From contig AP038806.1 of the NCBI GenBank assembly GCA_047150005.1, positions 992,001 through 1,056,000 of the forward strand: 64,000 nucleotides of DNA. Reading direction: 5' to 3'. The DNA comes from Nitrospira sp. GTDB taxonomy: Bacteria > Nitrospirota > Nitrospiria > Nitrospirales > Nitrospiraceae. The notes under the pieces were generated by a model. That model had not been told where the DNA came from. It made no database searches and worked only from the letters and a program-made list of their open reading frames with translations. Each line of letters begins with the position of its first letter. The stretch's first letter is position 1. A program made the position numbers and the translations under genes. This document shows, piece after piece, positions 9,668 through 19,561 of the stretch.

Positions 9668-11232
9668 TTGGCGTACTCGATGTACCGGCTTTCTCGGATC
9701 ACGGTCACCTTGATCTGACCGGGATAGGTCAGCTCTTGCTCGATCTTTTTTGCCAAATCGCGCGACAACTGGAAAGACTCATTATCGGTGACGTCCTCCT
9801 GGCGAACGATCACCCGGATCTCCCGACCTGCCTGTATGGCGTAGGCCTTTTGCACACCTTTCTGAGCATGAGCCAAGGATTCCAGCTTCTCCAGTCGCTT
9901 GACGTAGGACTCCAGCGCTTCGCGCCTCGCCCCAGGTCTTGCCGCAGAAAGCGCCTCGGCTGCAGCCACCAGAACCGATTCCGGACAAATCGGCTCCACC
10001 TGCTCGTGATGAGCGGCGATCGCATTGACGATCTTCTCGCTTTCACCGAACTTCTTCGCGATTTCCGCCCCCAACATGGCATGCGGTCCTTCCTCCTCGT
10101 GACTGACCGCTTTGCCGATGTCGTGCAGCAGCGCCCCCCGTCTTGCCAAACGGACATCCAAGCCGAGTTCAGAGGCCATCATGCCGCAGATGTACGCCGC
10201 CTCTCGGGCATGGTATAGATTGTTCTGCCCGTAGCTGGTGCGGTATTTGAGTCGTCCGAGGACTTTGATCAGCTCCGGATGAAAGTCCGCCAGGCCGAGC
10301 TCGAAGATGATTTTTTCGGCTTCCTCGTACATCAACTTGTCGATCTCGACCTTGACCTTTTCGACGATCTCCTCGATCCTCGTTGGATGGATTCTCCCAT
10401 CCTGCATCAAACGTTCCAACGACACCTTAGCGATTTCTCGGCGCAACGGATCGAACCCCGAGATGATCACCGCTTCGGGGGTTTCGTCGATAATCAGATC
10501 AATCCCCGTCGCGGCCTCGATCGCCCGAATGTTCCGGCCTTCGCGCCCGATGATGCGCCCCTTCATAGCGTCGTTTGGAATCGGCACGACGGAAATCGTG
10601 GATTCCGACACATAATCGCGAACAACCCGCTGGATTGAACCCGTGATGATCTCGCGGGCCTCCCGTTCAGCATTTTCCCTTGCTTCCTCGAGCGTCCTCT
10701 TGGCTATGCCGGCCGCCTCCAGTCTGACCTGGCTTTCCATCTCAAGCAACAATTGCTTCCTGGCTTCATCGGCCGTCAGCCCTGCCACCCGCTCCAGCGC
10801 CTCCCGGTGGTCTCTTTCCGCTTGAGCACAGGCTACCTCCTTGACACCGAGCTTTTCTTCGCGTTTCGTGAGATCCAGCTCGCGCTTCTCCGCCTCACCA
10901 TCCCGCTTATCGATCGCCGCGCTCCGTTTGTCGATCGCCTCTTCTCGCTGAACCAGACGCTTTTCTGCCGCAGAGAGCTCGGCCAATCGACCTTTCTGCT
11001 CTTTTTCAAGTTCCGCCTTTGACTGAAAAATCAAGTCTTTGGCCTCAAGCTTGGCTTCACGGACGATGTTTTCGGCCTCGCGCTGCGCATTCTGCGTCAG
11101 ATGACGGGCCTGGTCCTCCTGCTGAGCCCTCTTGGCTCCGTCGGACATTCTCCGAATCAGCTCGTAGATCCCGATTCCTGCTCCCGCACCCACCACAACT
11201 ATCAAGATGTACATGACCAGTGACGTAGACAT
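9664..11232 (-). CDS. rny: Ribonuclease Y
   Basis: N-terminal TM, coiled coil, KH domain (KGRIIGREGRNIR), HD domain (LLHDIGK). Confidence 0.96.
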   Translation of the reverse strand: MSTSLVMYILIVVVGAGAGIGIYELIRRMSDGAKRAQQEDQARHLTQNAQREAENIVREAKLEAKDLIFQSKAELEKEQKGRLAELSAAEKRLVQREEAIDKRSAAIDKRDGEAEKRELDLTKREEKLGVKEVACAQAERDHREALERVAGLTADEARKQLLLEMESQVRLEAAGIAKRTLEEARENAEREAREIITGSIQRVVRDYVSESTISVVPIPNDAMKGRIIGREGRNIRAIEAATGIDLIIDETPEAVIISGFDPLRREIAKVSLERLMQDGRIHPTRIEEIVEKVKVEIDKLMYEEAEKIIFELGLADFHPELIKVLGRLKYRTSYGQNNLYHAREAAYICGMMASELGLDVRLARRGALLHDIGKAVSHEEEGPHAMLGAEIAKKFGESEKIVNAIAAHHEQVEPICPESVLVAAAEALSAARPGARREALESYVKRLEKLESLAHAQKGVQKAYAIQAGREIRVIVRQEDVTDNESFQLSRDLAKKIEQELTYPGQIKVTVIRESRYIEYAK

Positions 11233-11358
11233 GGGACTAGCCCCTTTCCAGTCGAGGGCAAGCGTGGTCGCCGCCTCGCATCGTATGTAGATCGCGGTCG
11301 GAGCTGAAAGGAGGATGTTTCTTAAGAGGTGACTACGAGCAGAGACTACGGCCGAACG

Positions 11359-11770
11359 GAACGATGGGTTGCCCCATCATTCGGGGAATGGGCTCCACGG
11401 AGATGGACGTATTGCTGGGTTGATTCGGACGCCTCGTTCCCGGAGAGGGAATCCTCTCACAGTTCCACCATATCGGCTGGCTTTCCTTACTGCGTGCGAG
11501 GTTCGCACCTGAAGTGGCAGCGGAATCAAGCTGACCCCGTTGCTCACCGTCCCAACCGATACAACGAACTCTATGATTCGAGCGAGTATGGCCAGAATGT
11601 TGGCCAAGAAAGGAACAAGGCTCTGCACACCACAACTTTTTTTCAACTCCGCCAGCATGGCAATTCTGACGTCCATTCCTGCGGTATCGATTCGTATCCC
11701 CGAGTGCTTCCCCGGTTCGAAGTTCGCCTCAGTCAATACTCCTAGCCCCAATTGCCTCCCTACAGTCAAC
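11359..11770 (-). ncRNA. Candidate structured RNA (6S RNA and/or long structured rny leader) between zapA and rny
   Basis: Several long stems whose G-U pairs work only on the minus strand, and a GCAA-tetraloop hairpin. An upstream TTGCAA-18 nt-TATCGT promoter lies at 11774-11803. Position immediately after zapA is a common ssrS location. Identity and boundaries unconfirmed. Confidence 0.5.
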
Positions 11771-11809
11771 GTCACGATAACAAAGGGTTACGGATTTTTG
11801 CAAGCTGAT

Positions 11810-12106
11810 TCATCGGAACAGCGATGTGGGAACCTGCTCCTCAATCGATTCCATCAGCGTCATCATACGCCGTTCCACAACCGCCTCCCCTTCCGTCCGC
11901 TTCTTCTCCGCCTCGAACAGCTGGTGAGCGAGATTGACCGCCGTCAACACGGCCAATTTCGAGGGCGTCGTTGTATTCAACCCTTCGGCCAAATGGCGCA
12001 TTTGCGCGTCCACGAAGCTCGCCAGCCGACGAATGTAGTCTTCGTCGGCCTCTCCCCGAATTGCATACCGCTGGCCATAGATCTCGACGTACGTGGTCTT
12101 AGTCAA
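11810..12106 (-). CDS. zapA: Cell division protein ZapA
   Basis: VEIYGQRY, LASFVDAQM, LAVLTAVNLA. Confidence 0.9.
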   Translation of the reverse strand: MTKTTYVEIYGQRYAIRGEADEDYIRRLASFVDAQMRHLAEGLNTTTPSKLAVLTAVNLAHQLFEAEKKRTEGEAVVERRMMTLMESIEEQVPTSLFR

Positions 12107-12353
12107 GGGCCACCTCCTTGCGGTCCTCCATGCATTCCAACAGCTCGATTTCCCCTAATACTTTCTCCACCCGTGCCTTGATGTCCAAACGTTCGCGTTC
12201 CCACCGCTTATTTGAATCGCTTTGTTCAGCCAGTCGTTCCCGCAGAGATTTGACATCGTCTTCAAGAGCCGTGTTCTTTTTCTTCAGTTCTTGCACGAGC
12301 CTAACGAGATCCTTGACACGAGTCTCAAGCGCATCGAGTCGATCCATTGCCAT
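12099..12353 (-). CDS. zapB: ZapB-like coiled-coil cell division protein
   Basis: 84-aa continuous coiled coil overlapping the zapA start. Confidence 0.7.
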   Translation of the reverse strand: MAMDRLDALETRVKDLVRLVQELKKKNTALEDDVKSLRERLAEQSDSNKRWERERLDIKARVEKVLGEIELLECMEDRKEVALD

Positions 12354-12391
12354 CGGTTGATACTCCCAGAAACCACAATAGGTTGCGGGGC

Positions 12392-12420
12392 ACTATAGAA
12401 ACTTGCCCAGATCTTGTCAA
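12392..12420 (-). promoter_or_regulatory. Sigma70-type promoter of zapB-zapA
   Basis: TTGACA-17 nt-TATAGT on the minus strand. Confidence 0.65.
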
Positions 12421-14741
12421 GAAACCCGCTCCGAGTCCGGAAGCTTTGAGGCGCTTGCCAGGCGAATGTATTCCCGATAACTCCGCAGTACGCGCTTCAC
12501 ATACTGCCTGGTCTCCTGGTAGGGAATCATTTCAACAAATTCGTCCTGACTGTACGTTCCATGCTGATCGCGCCATGAATTGACGACCACCGGTCCCGCA
12601 TTGTAGGCCGCAATGGTATAGACCAGGTTGCCGGAAAATTGCTCAAGCAGTTGTTCGACATACCGCACGCCAATTCGAATGTTCGTGTCTTGATCGAACA
12701 GATCATCACGTCCGACCGGAGGAATACCGATCCGTTGGGCCACGGTATTGGCAGTCGCCGGCATCACCTGCATGAGGCCGATCGCCCCGACCCGGGATAC
12801 GGCTTTCAAGTCGTATTGACTTTCCTCGCGAATGATGGCCGCGATCAGAAAGGGATCGACGCCCTTTGCGCCTTGGAGTTTGATCGTGGGGAGCAATCCG
12901 GTGGGATAGGCGACATTCCAGAGCGCAGGGGAAAGTACGCCGCCGGTTCGTTCCAGCTTGTCTCGAAAGCGTCCACGAGCCAACCGCAAGGCATGATGGT
13001 AGGCGCCGACCTCGTTCAGCATGCTAGACAGCAGCACGAGGGCCTCCGGGTCTCTGCTGTACCGGTCGGTCAAGGCGGCGATTTCTCGCGCGGCATCTGC
13101 ATCGAGCCCCAATGTCTTGAGCTCAACGGCGCGTCGATACGCGTTCTGCTGCCCGATTTCACCCCGGTTCGCCGAGGACGAGGATAGGGAAGATTCTTCG
13201 CCGTTCCCCGGCGAGGCATTGTCTCCGCCCTCGGCCCCCGTGGTTGGATCTGAAACAGAGACGGCTGGGCGCTCCCGAGCCAGCTGACAATAGTACGTGT
13301 AGACATACCGCTGGCACAGCTGCCGGTACAGCTCGGGGGCTTGGGACGTGCCGTTCTGCTCCGCCGCCCGTGCCATCCAATAGAGCGCTTGTGGCTCGAA
13401 CTCCCCGTCATGCCGCTCCACAATGGACTGCAAGGTTTCCGTAGCTTCGCGATACTGACCGGTCCTGTAATACACCCATCCGATCCGCCAACGGGCTTCG
13501 GCCCGCTGTGATGCCGGCTCTCCGGTTTTTGCGACGGCACGATATCGGGCGATGGCTTCGTCGAACTGCTTTTGGTCCTCCAGCCAGATCCCGACCAACA
13601 ATCCAACCTGGCCCTTCTGCTCCGGAGACAGTGAACTACCCTGAACCGTTCTGGCCAGTTCCTGCAGTTTGTCACCCGACCCTTGGCGCAGGTACACACG
13701 GGCGAGCCAAACGGTCGCTTCCTGGGATTCCGCCCCTCCATCCTTGAGCATGCCCCGGAAACTCTCTCGAGCCTGGTCATACTGTTTGAGCCGTACCTGT
13801 GCCACGCCGAGCTTGAGTTTCGCTTCGGCCCGCCGAGGAGAAAGAGGATCCAGCGCGAGGAATTTCTTGAGTTCATCGATCGCCTCGACATGAAAGGCCT
13901 GAGCAAGGAACGCCTGCGCCCGAGCAAACCTGTCCACAGCCTGCGGTACCCATAGTTCCCCACCGGGATTTGTCGCCAACAGTACTCCGGCCTCCTTGGC
14001 CTCGGGGCTTGCCGGGAATCGCACCCATAGCTGTCTGAGGGTTTCTCGACCTTCCGTCACATTGCCGTCCCGCATTTGACAGGCCGCCCGGCGAAGAAAG
14101 GCAAGCGGGGCGTTCGGCTCCTTTTCGCTAAGGGCAATGGCTCTGGCAAACCATTCACTGGCTCTTTGACAATCGGAGGCCTGGTACCACGCCTCCCCGG
14201 ATCGATACGCCGCCTTTGACAGAATGTTGGAGTCGGGAGCGGCAAGGGGAATGCTTTCAAGCATGGTGGCCGCTGCCGTGCTATCGCCGAGATTCAACGA
14301 CGCCTCCCCCAGCCAGAGCCGGATGTAATCATCGAGCACGGCGAAGTCGCGCTGCCCTCCGCGCAAAAACTGGATCGACACGGCCGGATTCCGTTCGACG
14401 AGCAGGACTCCGGACAGCAGCCCAGCACGCTTGGCCCATATTGTCGACGGAAACCGCTCCATCAATCGACGCAACCGTTCGAGCTTGAGCGACAACACCT
14501 GTTCTTTCGTGAGGGTTTTCCCAAGACGTTCCTTAGGCAGGGCACCAGCCAGAAAGCAGGATTCGGGGGTATCGCAGGCCTCGTTTTCGGCTGCGTCAGG
14601 AGCCGTTCCACTATCCGCCCGGGTCGGCGGAGCGAGAACCAAAATCATGAGGACGCCGCAGATTGCGCGGAGAATGAGACAGAGCCCCACACAGCGTCGA
14701 ATGCGATCAGGCACGTTACGATCCCCGAGCCTCAGGTGCAT
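12417..14741 (-). CDS. Soluble lytic murein transglycosylase (TPR repeats plus SLT domain)
   Basis: AIIREES, GAIGLMQVMP, AAYNAG, ETRQYVKRV; N-terminal signal-like segment. True start may be downstream. Confidence 0.9.
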   Translation of the reverse strand: MHLRLGDRNVPDRIRRCVGLCLILRAICGVLMILVLAPPTRADSGTAPDAAENEACDTPESCFLAGALPKERLGKTLTKEQVLSLKLERLRRLMERFPSTIWAKRAGLLSGVLLVERNPAVSIQFLRGGQRDFAVLDDYIRLWLGEASLNLGDSTAAATMLESIPLAAPDSNILSKAAYRSGEAWYQASDCQRASEWFARAIALSEKEPNAPLAFLRRAACQMRDGNVTEGRETLRQLWVRFPASPEAKEAGVLLATNPGGELWVPQAVDRFARAQAFLAQAFHVEAIDELKKFLALDPLSPRRAEAKLKLGVAQVRLKQYDQARESFRGMLKDGGAESQEATVWLARVYLRQGSGDKLQELARTVQGSSLSPEQKGQVGLLVGIWLEDQKQFDEAIARYRAVAKTGEPASQRAEARWRIGWVYYRTGQYREATETLQSIVERHDGEFEPQALYWMARAAEQNGTSQAPELYRQLCQRYVYTYYCQLARERPAVSVSDPTTGAEGGDNASPGNGEESSLSSSSANRGEIGQQNAYRRAVELKTLGLDADAAREIAALTDRYSRDPEALVLLSSMLNEVGAYHHALRLARGRFRDKLERTGGVLSPALWNVAYPTGLLPTIKLQGAKGVDPFLIAAIIREESQYDLKAVSRVGAIGLMQVMPATANTVAQRIGIPPVGRDDLFDQDTNIRIGVRYVEQLLEQFSGNLVYTIAAYNAGPVVVNSWRDQHGTYSQDEFVEMIPYQETRQYVKRVLRSYREYIRLASASKLPDSERVS

Positions 14742-14842
14742 GTAGTATATATCAGCGCCCTCACCGTCTTGCCAGCAATGCGGTCTTGCCAGCGGACGGC
14801 CTTCGTCTTGTCCCGGTTTTTCCCGCTATGTTAGCCTGAGCC

Positions 14843-15934
14843 ATGTCTCGCGAAGCGACTCCCAACCTGACGAATCTCCTCGCCTTGGACGAGAGCGGCA
14901 TGGAGCGACTGGTCGGGAAACTGGCCTGGCCGAAATACCGCGCCGGACAAATCCTGCGTTGGCTGTACCAACGCCGGGCGACGTCGGCCGACCAGATGAC
15001 CGACCTCAGCCGCGCGGATCGATCCGTCCTGAAATCGGCAACGACCATCCGACGAGCCGCCGCGTGCACGTTGTTTCGATCCGTCGATGACACCCGAAAA
15101 CTGGTATTGACGCTTGAGGACGGACTCAACGTCGAGACGGTCCTGATTCCCGATGAAGATCGACTCACCCTCTGCGTGTCGACCCAGGTGGGATGCACGC
15201 TGGATTGCGGGTTCTGCCTGACGGGAACGATGGGCCTGAAGCGAAATTTGAAAGCCGACGAGATACTCGACCAGGTTCTGACCGCACAGGACCAGCTCGG
15301 GAGAAACGAACAAATCACGAATCTCGTTTTCATGGGCATGGGAGAACCCCTGGCGAACTTCGAGAATCTATCCGATGCCCTCGCGCGGCTGACCAATCGG
15401 GCATGGGGATTGGGATTTTCGCCAAGGCGGATCACGGTCTCGACCGCCGGACTCGCCTCGCGCCTCAAAGACGTGGCGCCCCTCGGCGTCAACCTGGCCA
15501 TATCCTTGAATGCCAGCACGGAGATTCAACGGAACCGGTTGATGCCCGCAGCAAACGGTATCGCGTCCCTTCGGTCGCTCCTGGCGGCATGTCGCCGCTA
15601 TCCATTGCGTCCGGGCCGCATGCTGACATTTGAGTACGTCTTGCTGGCCGGGGTCAATGACCAGATTGAAGACGCCCGGAGAGTGACGAAGCTGCTCCGC
15701 GGCCTGCGATATAAGGTCAACTTGATCCCGTTCAACGAATTTCCCGGCAGCGCATTTCGCCGGCCGGCCGACGGCACGGTGCTGGAATTTCAGTCCGCCC
15801 TGAAGCAGGGGGGAGCCGACGTCTTCATCCGCAAGAGCCGAGGCCGTGACGTGCTCGGGGCGTGCGGCCAACTCGGCAATGTCTGGCCCCCTGGCAGAGA
15901 GCCCGCCTTGACACAAATTGAATCGCGTTGCTAG
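14843..15934 (+). CDS. rlmN: 23S rRNA/tRNA m2A methyltransferase RlmN (radical SAM)
   Basis: CVSTQVGCTLDCGFC, FMGMGEP, GACGQL. Confidence 0.95.
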   Translation: MSREATPNLTNLLALDESGMERLVGKLAWPKYRAGQILRWLYQRRATSADQMTDLSRADRSVLKSATTIRRAAACTLFRSVDDTRKLVLTLEDGLNVETVLIPDEDRLTLCVSTQVGCTLDCGFCLTGTMGLKRNLKADEILDQVLTAQDQLGRNEQITNLVFMGMGEPLANFENLSDALARLTNRAWGLGFSPRRITVSTAGLASRLKDVAPLGVNLAISLNASTEIQRNRLMPAANGIASLRSLLAACRRYPLRPGRMLTFEYVLLAGVNDQIEDARRVTKLLRGLRYKVNLIPFNEFPGSAFRRPADGTVLEFQSALKQGGADVFIRKSRGRDVLGACGQLGNVWPPGREPALTQIESRC

Positions 15935-15964
15935 CATGCAGAGGTCCGTTCCTCTCCTCAAATC

Positions 15965-17341
15965 ATGATCGTCCAACTTTCCCGGCATCTCACACCATGG
16001 TTGCTGCTCGCAGTCGTGACGCTCGTGGCGAGGCAGCCCGCTCACGCAGCCGATCCGAGTGAGTTTCTCCTTTCGAACGGGATGAAAGTTCTCATCGTCG
16101 AAGTTCCCAAAGCTCCGGTCGCGACCGTGCAAGTCTGGTACAAGGTCGGCTCACGCAACGAGGTCATGGGGCGTGCAGGGTTGTCGCACATGCTCGAACA
16201 CATGATGTTCAAGGGCACCAACAAGTATCCCAACGGATCGTTTTCCCGGCTGATCCGAAAGAATGGGGGTATGGACAACGCCTTCACCAGCCAGGACTTT
16301 ACCGCCTACTTCGAAAATCTCGCAGCCGACCGTGTGGGCCTTGCGCTGGAGTTGGAAGCGGATCGGATGCAGGGTCTCATCCTGGATCAGAACGAGCTGA
16401 AAACCGAACGGGAAGTCGTAAAGGAAGAGCGGCGGCTCCGTACCGAAGATGACCCGCAAGGCGCGCTGGTTGAAGCCCTCTTCGCCCAGGCCTACATGAG
16501 CCATCCGTACCATTGGCCGGTGATCGGATGGTTCGGCGACCTGGATGCCATGACCCTCGAAGATCTTCAGAGACACTACGATACCTATTACTCGCCGAAT
16601 AACGCCACGTTGCTGGTGGTCGGCGACGTGAAGGCCGAAAGCCTCCTCCCGACGATCACGCAGTTGTTCGAACCGATTCCCCGCGGCCCCGAGCCCAAAC
16701 CCGTCCTGACCATGGAAGGAGAGCAACGGGGCGAGCGCCGGTTTCTGCTCAAGCGCGAGGCGCAGGTGCCTTTCGTCATGATGGGCTTCCGCGTTCCGAA
16801 TTTCGCCAGTGAAGATTCGTACGCCTTGGACATTCTGGAATCGATTCTCTCCCGCGGGAAGAGCTCCCGGCTCTATCAAAGCCTCGTCTATGATCAAAAA
16901 CTCGCGATCGCCGTCGGAGCCGAATACAGTTTGATGCAGACGGATCCCGGTCTCTTCTATTTCTATTCGCTGGTCAGTCCGGGGCAGAAGGTCGAACTGG
17001 TCGAAGAGGCGCTGAACAGGGAAATTCGCCGGCTCCAGAACGAGCCTCCCACCGACCAGGAAATGCAGCGGGCGAAGAACCAGGTCGAAGCGATGCGCGT
17101 ATTCGAACAGGATTCGAATTTCCGTCACGCGATGTTGCTAGGCCAGGCCGAATCGATCGGCGCCGGATGGAAAAAAGTCGATCAATTCTTGGAGCGCATC
17201 GCCGCCGTCACCCCGAAGGACGTGCAACGAGTGGCTCGGCAGTATTTGACCGACGATGCCCGCACCATCGGCACACTGATTCCCGTGCCTCCGAAACAAC
17301 CTGAAACGGCCCCGGCTGCCGCGCAGCCGGGAAAATCTTGA
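15965..17341 (+). CDS. M16 (pitrilysin-family) zinc peptidase, catalytic subunit, exported
   Basis: Signal peptide and inverted zinc motif HMLEH (HxxEH). Confidence 0.92.
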   Translation: MIVQLSRHLTPWLLLAVVTLVARQPAHAADPSEFLLSNGMKVLIVEVPKAPVATVQVWYKVGSRNEVMGRAGLSHMLEHMMFKGTNKYPNGSFSRLIRKNGGMDNAFTSQDFTAYFENLAADRVGLALELEADRMQGLILDQNELKTEREVVKEERRLRTEDDPQGALVEALFAQAYMSHPYHWPVIGWFGDLDAMTLEDLQRHYDTYYSPNNATLLVVGDVKAESLLPTITQLFEPIPRGPEPKPVLTMEGEQRGERRFLLKREAQVPFVMMGFRVPNFASEDSYALDILESILSRGKSSRLYQSLVYDQKLAIAVGAEYSLMQTDPGLFYFYSLVSPGQKVELVEEALNREIRRLQNEPPTDQEMQRAKNQVEAMRVFEQDSNFRHAMLLGQAESIGAGWKKVDQFLERIAAVTPKDVQRVARQYLTDDARTIGTLIPVPPKQPETAPAAAQPGKS

Positions 17342-17361
17342 GCTCAGCGGGTGGCGCACTG

Positions 17362-18699
17362 ATGGGATTGAAACATTGGATCTGGCTCGGACTCTGGGGC
17401 TGCCTCGTCGTCTTGGCTCCTTCCTCTTTACCGGCGGCCGACATCGTTCCGACCAGATTGATCGCGCCGAACGGCATGACCGTGCTGGTCCTCGAACAAC
17501 ATTTTCTGCCGATCGTTGAAATCCATTCACTCGTCAAAACCGGATCGGCGCAGGATCCGTCAGACAAAGCGGGACTGGCCAATCTTGTGGCGAGTCTGCT
17601 CGACGAAGGCACGACCACCCGTACCTCGAAACAGATCGCCGAGCAGATCGATTTTGTCGGGGGATCCTTGGAGGTGAAGGCGGCCGAGGATTTCACGACG
17701 GCCTCGGCAAGGGTCCTGAAGAAGGATGTGGATCTGGGGTTCACCTTGCTCGCCGACATGCTGCAACATCCGGCCTTCCACAAGCAGGAGTTCGAACGCA
17801 TTCGCACCCAGATTCTGGGGGAGATTGCCAGCGATAACGATGATCCCGGCCATGTCGCAATGAAGGCGTTCAACCAACTGGTCTTCCACGGCCACCCATA
17901 TCGCTGGCCGCTCAACGGAACAGAGGAAACTCTCGGCAAGATCACGGTGGCGGATGTCGCCGTCTTCTATGCGAAAGAGTATGTCCCGGGACAAGTCATC
18001 CTCACGGTCGTGGGGGATGTCACCGTCGATCAGGTCACGGCACTGGTGCAAACCCATTTCGGAGCCTGGAAAAAGTCTCCGGCCCCTGCTCGGAGCATCC
18101 GAAAACCGGGTGCCCTTGAGAAAAAAACCGTGCAGCTGATCGAGAAGGATCTTACCCAATCAAGCATCGTGCTGGGCCATGCCGGAATCAACCGGATGAA
18201 CCCAGACTTCTATGCCGTCACCGTCATGAACTACATCCTCGGAGCCGGGGGCTTCTCGTCACGTCTGATGGATTCGATCCGAGACAAGCAGGGCTTGGCC
18301 TACGGGATCATGAGCCATTTCGATGCGCGACTGATGCCCGGCTCCTTCTGGATCAGCCTGCAGACGCGAAGCGAAACCACCAACCAAGCCATCACGGGCG
18401 TCCTTGCCGAAATGAAGAGCATTCGTGACGCTCCCGTCTCGGATCAGGAGTTGACCGAGGCCAAATCGTTTCTCGTCGGCAGCTTTCCCCTTCGCCTGGA
18501 TTCGACGGCCAAGCTCGCCCAGGTGCTGGCTCAGGTGGAATTCTACGGCTTGGGTTTCGAGTATTTCTCGCAGTATCCCAAGTGGATCGAGCGCGTCACC
18601 AAGGACGACGTCCAGCGAGTCGCCAAACAGTACCTGGATCCGCAACGATACGCGCTGGTGGTCGTCGGCAATCTCGCCAAATCCAAAGTGAAACACTGA
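17362..18699 (+). CDS. M16 peptidase non-catalytic partner subunit
   Basis: M16 fold without HxxEH (NLVAS at that position); SSRL..IRDKQGLAY motif. Confidence 0.88.
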   Translation: MGLKHWIWLGLWGCLVVLAPSSLPAADIVPTRLIAPNGMTVLVLEQHFLPIVEIHSLVKTGSAQDPSDKAGLANLVASLLDEGTTTRTSKQIAEQIDFVGGSLEVKAAEDFTTASARVLKKDVDLGFTLLADMLQHPAFHKQEFERIRTQILGEIASDNDDPGHVAMKAFNQLVFHGHPYRWPLNGTEETLGKITVADVAVFYAKEYVPGQVILTVVGDVTVDQVTALVQTHFGAWKKSPAPARSIRKPGALEKKTVQLIEKDLTQSSIVLGHAGINRMNPDFYAVTVMNYILGAGGFSSRLMDSIRDKQGLAYGIMSHFDARLMPGSFWISLQTRSETTNQAITGVLAEMKSIRDAPVSDQELTEAKSFLVGSFPLRLDSTAKLAQVLAQVEFYGLGFEYFSQYPKWIERVTKDDVQRVAKQYLDPQRYALVVVGNLAKSKVKH

Positions 18700-18742
18700 T
18701 CGACCAGGCACAGGCGCCCGGCGATCAACGACTTGAATTACC

Positions 18743-19552
18743 ATGACACCGGACCATCTGACCGACAAGCTCTCCCGCCTCCGCCGCGTCCTATCGGAGA
18801 TGCAGTCCGTCCTCGTCGCGTTCTCAGGAGGAATCGACAGTACGCTCGTGTTAAAAGTCGCGAACGACGAATTGGGAAGTCGCGCGCTCGGCGTCACGGC
18901 CGTTTCCCCGACTTTTCCCCTGCTCGAACTTGAGACCGCCACGCGGGTGGCCCAAGAAATCGGGGCCCGCCATGAAGTCGTCCGCACCGACCAACTGACT
19001 ATTCCAGACTTCGTGCAAAATGATGCGACACGCTGTTTTCATTGCAAAACCGACCTGTACCGATTGATGGATAGCATGAAGGAGCCGCGCGCCTCGCGTT
19101 GGGTCGCGGATGGGACAAACCTGGACGATCTGGGAGACGATCGACCTGGGATTGCAGCCGCCCGCCAATGGCAAGTCCGCAGTCCGCTTGTCGAGGCGGA
19201 ACTTTCCAAAGCCGATGTACGCGCCTTGGCCAGAAACTTCGGCCTCTCCACGTGGGATAAGCCCGCCGCCGCTTGTCTGTCCTCGAGAATTCCCCGGGGC
19301 ACCCACATTACGGTCGAGAAACTCGCCCGCGTCGAACGGGCTGAGGCCGTTCTTTTAGCGGAGGGGTTTCGGGAGGTTCGCGTCAGAGATCATGGAGAAA
19401 TCGCCAGGATTGAAGTCGGGACCGAAGAATTCTCGCGATTTCTCGATCCGGGTCTTCGCATGCGGGTCGGCGCCCGCTTGCGGGAGGCAGGTTTTTGCTT
19501 TATCTGCCTCGATGTGGAGGGATATCGATCGGGGGGAGTCAGCCTCGGCTGA
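18743..19552 (+). CDS. larE: LarE-family ATP-dependent sulfur transferase
   Basis: PP-loop SGGIDS, RCFHCK, DGTNLDD..D.RPG, WDKPAAACLSSRIP. Confidence 0.9.
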   Translation: MTPDHLTDKLSRLRRVLSEMQSVLVAFSGGIDSTLVLKVANDELGSRALGVTAVSPTFPLLELETATRVAQEIGARHEVVRTDQLTIPDFVQNDATRCFHCKTDLYRLMDSMKEPRASRWVADGTNLDDLGDDRPGIAAARQWQVRSPLVEAELSKADVRALARNFGLSTWDKPAAACLSSRIPRGTHITVEKLARVERAEAVLLAEGFREVRVRDHGEIARIEVGTEEFSRFLDPGLRMRVGARLREAGFCFICLDVEGYRSGGVSLG

Positions 19553-19561
19553 CCTCGACGA

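Noticed and set aside
11478..11515. CAGG...GCAG motif reminiscent of SRP RNA domain IV
   Set aside because: It lacks the GNRA-capped short stem and the flanking helix of 4.5S RNA; kept only as part of the unidentified structured RNA.
11333..11775. ORFs of 100-138 aa in the zapA-rny spacer
   Set aside because: No recognisable domain or convincing RBS; RNA structure explains the region better, though coding is not excluded.
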